A stretch of DNA of 26,717 bases, from positions 384,723 to 411,439 of the forward strand of contig NW_005201349.1 in the NCBI RefSeq assembly GCF_000372725.1. The letters run 5' to 3'. Below, piece by piece: positions 19,750 through 26,717 of the stretch. A model generated the notes under the pieces. The model worked only from the letters and a program-made list of their open reading frames with translations. It was not told the origin of the DNA and searched no databases. Made by a program: the position numbers and the translations under genes. Position 1 is the stretch's first letter. The number at the start of each line of letters is the position of its first letter. The DNA comes from Emiliania huxleyi CCMP1516. Lineage: Eukaryota.

Positions 19750-20962
19750 TTAATATCCCACCACCGCCCCGCCACCTCCACTGCCAGCAGCAGCGCCACC
19801 AGCCGGCCCTTCCCTCTCTCCGCCAAACAGCGCGTACTCAGCGTCCTCGCAAGGCATCGCCACGTGCAACGTCGGGAACTCGATCACCTAAAGAGCGATT
19901 CGTCAAGTATTCAGGCGGGGGTTGGTACTCCCTTCCGTGCAGCCGTCGACAGGGCAGGTCACCACGTGCGAGCGGAGCGACTCGCCCAGACTCGCGTCGA
20001 GCGGGAGCAGGACGAAGCGAGGGTCGTTGGCCTAGTGTGTGGCCAGGCGAGGCCGTGAGCACACGGAGCGATACGAGGAGGTGAGGTTGCGAAGGCACGC
20101 TGGCTGCAGCACTGCGGCGACGTGCGTCACAGATGGCTCTGCATCTAGGCTCTGCATCTGGAGGCTGCATCTGTGAGGCCCTGCATCTAGAGGGGCAGCG
20201 TACCGGCCGCTGCTGCAGCGGCAGCAGCACGCGCAGCGCGCCGACGCCCTCGCGCGAGTAGGAGCGCAGCTTGTGCCGCAGCAGGCTCCGCTCCCCCTCC
20301 GCCGCCGCGCCGCCGCCGCATGCGCCGCCGCCGTCCGCGCCGCCGCCGCCTGCGGAAGCAGCAGCGCCGCCAGCGGGAGCAGCGCCGCCGGCAGGCGGGC
20401 GGAGGCCGCCGCCGAGGAGGACCGCCTCGAGCAGCGCCCGGAGGCTCGTCCTGTCGCCCACCGCCGCCTCGACGTGAGTGATACCCGCCCGCCCGAACCG
20501 CAGCTCGACGCGCCACCGAAGCAACTTGCGCCGCGCGTCGTAGCTCGAGCTGTTTTCGCGCGCGCGCTGCATTCCCGCGGGCAGAAGCTCCAGCCGGATG
20601 CCGCGGTGCGCCGCCGCATCACGCAATTTTCGCCGCGCCGGGTGCATGCCGCCGCCGCCGCCGCCTCCGCCTCCACCACCTCCTCCACCGCGGCCGCCGC
20701 CTCTGGCGGCGGGAGCAGCGAGCGTGGCGGCGGTGCGCGCCGCGCTGTCGACGGAGCGGAGCCCCGCCTCGAGAAAGTGGTAGTCGCTCACCACGGACGC
20801 GTCATCAAACTCGCCGATGGCGCGGAAGGCGGTCACGTCGCGCTTGCCCGAGCACTGCGTCGCCTCCTTGTGCTTCTTGACGCACGCGAGCGAGCAGCTC
20901 TGGGTGCCGCAGCCAGGGCAGCGGTACTTGGCCTCGCTGGAGCAGGCGTGGCAGGCCGTCAT
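19750..20962 (-). CDS. BCD1: Box C/D snoRNA protein 1 (zf-HIT, BCD1/ZNHIT6), 3 exons (20204-20962, 19963-20031, 19750-19887), about 321 aa
   Basis: CHAC...AKYRCPGCGTQSCSLACVKKHKEATQCSGKR, SDYHFLE, RGIRLELLPAGMQRAREN, LRWRVEL and the C-terminal VIEFPTLHV; both GT-AG introns keep the frame. Confidence 0.85.
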
Positions 20963-21145
20963 CGTCGGACAAGATGTCTGCGAGCCGGGCTTGTGCGGCT
21001 GCGTGCCCCCCACCAGGTGGTGTAACACGGTGGCCGGCTACGAATTCTTTTTCTCGACCCGGACACATCGTAGCCGCGCCATCGCTGCAACCACCCTCTG
21101 TGTCTTGATTTGCCAACAACATACCTAAAACCCGTTCCGCCCCCA
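20963..21145. promoter_or_regulatory. Probable bidirectional promoter (about 180 bp) between divergent genes
   Basis: Head-to-head ATGs at 20962 (-) and 21146 (+), separated by a short, less GC-rich spacer. Confidence 0.5.
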
Positions 21146-23142
21146 ATGCTCGACGACCTCCTCCAAGGGCGAGATCTCGACAGCCTCACAGACGACGAGA
21201 AGATGGCCGTCCTCGTGAAGGCTGGCCTCATGACCTCCGACTCGCCGGCGGCGGCCGCCGCGCCAGCACCGCAGCAGGTGGCTGCTGCGGCAGACGACGA
21301 GGACCCGCCTCGGACGGAGGCGGAGCGGCTCGCGTACCTCCGCTCCCGCGGCGTCGAGGTTGAGCTCGCCGAGGAGCGTCAGTCCCACCCTCCGCCGGCT
21401 GCCGGCGGCGCCGGCCGCGCCTTCACCTTTGTGCGCATTCCGGCCGAGCCGACGGTCGCTGTGTCGCTCGAGTCGGCGGCCGCGCCGTCCGGCGGCGGGG
21501 ACGTGCTCCCCGGCCTGCTGGCGCCGCGCTTCGCCGACGACGGCGTGATGGACGACGCGACCGTCGCGCGCGAGACGGCGGGCCGCCTGCGCAACATGGT
21601 GGCGGGTGGCGCGCCCGGCGCTGCGGAGGCGTTGCGCGCGCCGTCGGCGGAGACGGTGCGAGGAGCCTAGAAGCTCGGGGGATCCGTGTGCTCGAAGTGG
21701 CACTCGGAGAGGACGCGTAGACTCAGCTGTGCTGGAGCCGTCTCCCGCCGCACACTCGTACAGTCCGCCGTGGTGCCTCCCCCGCCCGGCTTCGAGTGCA
21801 CGGCTCGAGAGACAGCGTCGCGTGACACGGCGATAGGTGCAGAAGCTGGCTGCCGGCGGCGCCTGCGAGGCGTACCCCCTCGCTCAGCCGAGCGCCGCCA
21901 ACGGCTGGGTCGGCGTCCGCCTCTACATCGACGAGGAGATACGGGGAGATACGGGGAGATACGGGGAGATACGGGGAGATATGGGGAGATAGGGGGAGAT
22001 ACGGGGAGATATGGGGAGATACGGGGAGAAACGGGGAGATATGGGTCGCGTCCGCCTCTATGTCGACGAGGCCGGCACACGCACGCAACGCCATGCACAC
22101 CACACACATACCACACCCACACCACACCCACACCACACGCACACGCACACGCACGCACACACACACAAACACACACACACACACACACACACACAACACA
22201 CACACACACACCGCTCACCCACGCGCGCCGGGCCTTGCACTTTGAAGGTCGTGCCAGCTCCTGTCGTCTAGACGCGGAGTCGCGAGGGATAGCCCTGGCC
22301 CTTGCCCCACCACCTCGTGCGTGCGGAGAAGTTTACCTCGCCTCACCTCCCCTTAGGTCGGCGCGCTGCGCTCGCGGCCGCGCAACGCTAGAGCCGAGGT
22401 GCATATCTCCCCATATCTCCCCATATCTCCCCATGTCTCCCCATGTCTCCCCATATCTCCCCATGTCTGACGCGCAACGAAGAGCTGAGGTGCATATCTC
22501 CCCATATCTCCCCATATCTCCCCATATCCGACGCGCAACGCTAGAGCCGAGGTGCCCGCCGCCAAGGACAGACCAGGGCTGACCTCTTCCTGGCGCACAC
22601 ACGCTCCTGGCGCACACGCCCCCTGGCGCACACGAGCCCTGCGCCGCCGTAGGCGCTCGCTCTCGCCGCCGGGCTGAGCGGGCGGGCGATGCACGGTCGA
22701 CCTGGCGACCCGTACTCAACAGTGTGAGTCCTCAGTCACCAATCAGTAGGCTGGCGATCCACGGCGACGTGTACGTGTCTCGGTGCGCGCGGCGCGAGGG
22801 CGGCGGCGGAGGCGAGGGCGACGCGTCGACTGCGTCTCCTCTCACTGCTCCCGGGCCCAGAGGCTGCTGTTGTGAGTTCTCAAGGCGAGGCCAACGTCGA
22901 CTTTGGGCTCGAAGAGCTGGCGCCGGACTCGGCGTGGGCGGCCGCGGCGCGGAGGGAGAACGGGGCGGCGGCGGCGGCACACGGCGGCGGCGACCACTTT
23001 GCGGGCGGCGACAGCGGCAGCTATACGAGACGCCGTCCCACACCTCTCTGCTGCCGTGTGCTGACGCGCTTTGGTTCTCGCAGGCAGCTACGCGTGGAGC
23101 CAGACGGAGGAGGAGGTCGAGGTTCGCGTGCACACGCACGCA

Positions 23143-23226
<84 letters not shown>

Positions 23227-23838
23227 CACACACTGATCACCCACGCGCACCGGGCCTTGCACTGTTCATGCCGTGGGCCCCCTGTCCGTTAGACGTGGAG
23301 TCGCGAGGGGCTGCCTCCCCCCCTGCACCACCACCTCGTGTGCGCGGGAGGTCAGTCAGCTGGCCTTTAGGTCTGCGTGCGCGGAGCGCCGTCCGGGCGC
23401 GGCGCCGCCAAGTGCGTGGGCGTGGCGACCGGCCGCCGAGTGGCGCGGGCAGCGTCGCTTCACACCTGCAGCCGTGAACAGGCGCGTGGGCGTGGCGTAC
23501 GGCCGCGGCCGTTCCTTGCGCGTCTGCTTCGACGGAAAGGTTGCGGTGGAGCTGCCGGAGCTCTTCGACGCGGTGGCCTCGCCTTAGCCGAAATGAGCCG
23601 AGATGCGGCGAGATGCGGCGAGATTGGGAGGTGCGGGAGCTCTCCGCTGCGGCGTGCTTTGTCGGCGGCGCGGTGCCAGTTGGGTGAACGGCGGCTGTTC
23701 ACAGCTGGTCCGTGCGATGCACAGGTGGTGCCGGATGGGTGCGCGTGGACGCTCGAGTCCGGGGTCCTCGCGCTGACGCTCGAGAAGGCGGACGCGAGGC
23801 CGTGGGCGACGCTCGCCCTCGAGCTCACAAAGGCGTAG
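21146..23838 (+). CDS. Multi-exon protein with a C-terminal CS (NudC/p23-like) domain
   Basis: Exon pieces: YLRSRGVEVE, GVRLYIDE|VGALRSRPRNARAE, AIHGDVYVSR, NVDFGLEELAPDSAW; CS domain YAWSQTEEEVE|VCVRG...LFDA|VVPDGCAWTLESGVLALTLEKADARPWATL-stop (TAG 23836-23838). Some junctions are unresolved. Confidence 0.75.
21935..22045. repeat. Intronic 10-bp minisatellite GGGGAGATAC; reverse-orientation copies (ATCTCCCCAT) at about 22403-22528
   Basis: Directly visible tandem decamers. Confidence 0.9.
22076..22356 (+). repeat. (CA)n microsatellite plus about 140-bp intronic repeat, copy 1
   Basis: TCACCCACGCGCGCCGGGCCTTGCAC...TAGACGCGGAGTCGCGAGGG...CACCACCTCGTG...TTAG, homologous to 23131-23370. Confidence 0.8.
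23131..23370 (+). repeat. (CA)n microsatellite plus about 140-bp intronic repeat, copy 2
   Basis: TCACCCACGCGCACCGGGCCTTGCAC...TAGACGTGGAGTCGCGAGGG...CACCACCTCGTG...TTAG. Confidence 0.8.
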
Positions 23839-24555
23839 GAGGGGGCTGAAATGCGCTTCCGCTGCTGACGAGGTACAATATTCGGAACGCCGGATTGCGA
23901 AATTACTCTCATCCGTGAGTTGTGAACACAGTGAACAGACGCACTTGCAATCGGGGCAAGTACCCAAATCCGCTAGGTTGGGCGTGCTTCACCCGCACCG
24001 CCTCACCCACCGTGCCACGAGAGTAGATTGAAATTCACGTGCCACGGCCCACGCGCTTTTTTGTTTTTGTGTTTTTTGAGAAAAAGAATTTTACCACGCT
24101 CAATACCAACATCTGACACTATCCTCGAGAGTCCATCCCCTCGAGAGTCCATCCCACTAACGGCAAACCCGCACGAGAAACTAATGAAAACTGGCGCCGA
24201 CCCGCTAGGAGGGTCGGCATGGGGTGCGGTGGGCAGGATCTGCGCCACTTGGGCAGTGGATCTGAGCTGGGGGCGATTTTTGAGCTAAACCCCTCCCTTG
24301 TGCCTCCGTTTCGTGGGCACGCGCGCCGGGGCGCCGTATGCTCGCCCTTGATCGTATCAAGACGCCCCAGGGCAGTGGGGTCGTCTCCAAGGGACGGTGG
24401 GGGCACCAGCGGCCTCACACCTGCACGAGTCAGCACTCAGCAGGCGCAGCGACCGTACCTCAATAGTACATAAAGAGCAGGACCACTCCTCTGACAAAGT
24501 GCCTCTGATTGACCGTCGGCCCAGTCCTCTCCGAAGTGATTGAGCTGCTCCGTCG

Positions 24556-26489
24556 ATGGCGCCGCTGGTCGCGTCGCTCACCATCGCCGCGGGCATGATA
24601 CTGGCTCAACCGCCACCCGAGAAGCCGAACATCATATTCTTCCTCACCGATGATCAAGACCAAATGCTCGGCGGCTCCTTCCCTCCTCTCGACGGCGGTA
24701 TGCGCACCCCGCCATCCCACGCGGCACGCCGTCCACTCACCGCAGGTCGTTGGCGCCCGTGCTGCTTGCAGTGACGCCGATGCGGCGGACACAGACCGAG
24801 CTTGCCGACAAGGGCGTCACGGCCACCAATTTTTTTGTCCACACGCCAATCTGCTGCCCGAGCCGCGCCGAGATCGTCTCAGGCCGCTACCTGCACAACA
24901 TCAAAGCGCAGCCGGTGACGACGCCGCCGCTGCCGCCGAAGGGTGCCGTGTGCATGCATGTCAACGTCACCAAGGTCGACCAGCGCACCTTCGCCGCCGA
25001 CCTTCGCGACGCCGGCTACACCGTCGGCCTCTTTGGTAAGTACCTCAACTCTGTACCATATGACGACTTCTCCCAGCCGCCCGATGGCTTCGACGCGTGG
25101 ATGGCCAACGGCGGGGGGGAGTACATAGCGCCGCAGTTCGGCGCGCGCGGCCTCGCTTTCGCCGGCATCCCGGACGGCAACGTCTCCTTCAACGTCACCG
25201 ACTACACGACCGCCGTCGTGGGCAATGTCTCCAGCGCGTGGATAGAGCACGTGACGGCGACGAGGCCGCGCGCGCCTTTCTTCGCGTACATCGCGCCCAA
25301 GGCGGCGCACGAGCCGTTCATCCCAGCACCATGGTACCTCGACCACTGGGAGCCCTCGTGGCCCGTCCACGAGCCGCGACCGCCTGCGTACAACTCCTCT
25401 GCCGCCGCGCGCGCCGACAAGCACGGCAACATCGCCACGCAGCCTCTCCTCTCGGAGGAGGCGGCACGCGTGATCACCGGCGTGTACAAGAACCGCTGGC
25501 GCACGCTGCTCTCGGTGGATGATGTGATCGGCGACGTCCTTGCCAAGTGCGACGCCCTCGGCCTCCTCGAGCGCACCTACGTCTTCTACACGAGTGACCA
25601 CGGCTTCCAGCTCGGAGAGGACAACATGCTGATGGACAAGCGGCACGTGTACGACTGGGACACGCGCGTGCACCTGCTCGTGCGTGGGCCCGGGCTCGTG
25701 CCTGGCGCACAGATGGCGCAGCCGGCGACGACCGTCGACCTTGCCGCCACGTGGCTCGGTCTCGCCGGCGTGACGAAGGCTGCGCGGTACGATGGCCGCT
25801 CGATCTTACCGCTGCTGCTCGCCGCCGGCCGCTCGATCCCACCTCTCGATCCTATGTCGGCCGCTCGATCCCACCGCTCGATCCCACCGCCGCTGCTCGC
25901 CGCCGGCCGCGCACTCAACGCATCGGGCGCGGCGGCGGCGCCGACAGCAGGTTCTCCAGACGACGCGGCCATACGCCGGACGCTCGCGCCCGCCGTGGTG
26001 CGCCACCTCGATGCGCTCGGCCCTGTGTCGGCCTACGCGGCTGGCTGGCGACGCGAGGTCTTCATCGAGTACTACTACGTAGCGGACAACGACAAGTGCA
26101 TCGACAACTGCACGACGCCGGGCGAGTACCCGCAGAAAGACGCGGCCTGCGTCGACCTGAGGCACAATGCAGGCTGCTGGGGGCCGCCACAGTGCAATGC
26201 ACAGTGCTACCCGACAGAGTCGACCGCCAACAATTTCATCGCGCTGCGCACGATGGCCGATGCGCCGGGCGCGGGCGAGGCCGACGTGCTGTACGCCGAG
26301 TTTGCAACGGGCGAGCAGTCGACGGCGGACATCGACTTCGCGCGGCCCGACTTCTACGAGATGTACGACGCGGCGAGTGACCCGTGGATGACCGCCAACG
26401 TCGTCAAGCGCACGCCCACGGCGGTTCGCCACGCACTCCACGAACGGCTGCACAAGTGGTTTGCGTGTGCGGGCGAGAAGTGCCCTTGA
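24556..26489 (+). CDS. Secreted formylglycine-dependent (S1) sulfatase, N-acetylglucosamine-6-sulfatase-like; GT-AG intron 24698-24771
   Basis: Signal peptide, KPNIIFFLTDDQD, catalytic CCPSRAEIVSGRY, GYTVGLFGKYLN, APKAAHEP, YTSDHGFQLG, EMYDAASDPW. Confidence 0.92.
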
Positions 26490-26717
26490 GGGGCGTGCGC
26501 GGGAGTGGGATGGCACGTGGGGGCGGCGAAGACCCAGTTCCCCTGTGCATGAGTCGCACAAGCGAACCACGGCGGGTGCTCCAACACGCGGGCAGGCCGC
26601 GCGTGGACTGACGGGCGGACGCAACTCGCTCGAGTGGAACGCTGGCCAAAGCACGATGAAGAGGCACCAGTGCATCCACACCCCTACGGTCTATCGCGGT
26701 CCCGTCGTGGCCCACGA

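Noticed and set aside
21667..23292. ORFs with VCVC/HTHT/GRYGEI repeats
   Set aside because: Translations of intronic microsatellites and minisatellites.
23864..23910. CTGACGAG...CGAAA hammerhead-like core
   Set aside because: Stem II does not pair next to the core, and no convincing stems I or III were found.
24879..26681. Minus-strand ORFs over the sulfatase
   Set aside because: Antisense shadows of a strongly supported plus-strand gene.

Overview
GC-rich, intron-dense eukaryotic DNA. The abundance of GC-AG introns, the GGGGAGATAC/ATCTCCCC intronic minisatellites and the gene content suggest a haptophyte alga such as Emiliania/Gephyrocapsa huxleyi; this is an inference. Apparently intact genes: a BTB-BACK-SPRY protein (-), a multi-exon ABCD-type half transporter (-), a Pro-rich extensin-like membrane protein (-), a multi-TM protein (-), a small secreted Cys-rich ShK-like protein (+), a BCD1/ZNHIT6 box C/D snoRNP assembly factor (-) head-to-head with a CS-domain (NudC/p23-like) gene (+), and a secreted family S1 sulfatase (+). 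The window also begins with the last codons of an FAD-linked oxidase. Between the genes lie mobile DNA and gene fragments: an LTR-like direct-repeat element, a retroelement endonuclease remnant, a 172-bp MITE with an 8-bp TSD, a 1.3-kb TIR element with a GGCC TSD that splits a RING-finger ORF, and orphan FAH and DUF1800-type fragments. The most striking signal is that most predicted introns begin with a decayed copy of the start of the next exon ('echo introns'). Apparent earlier stages of this duplication process are also visible in the window. All splice models were derived by hand from the sequence and have no transcript support.
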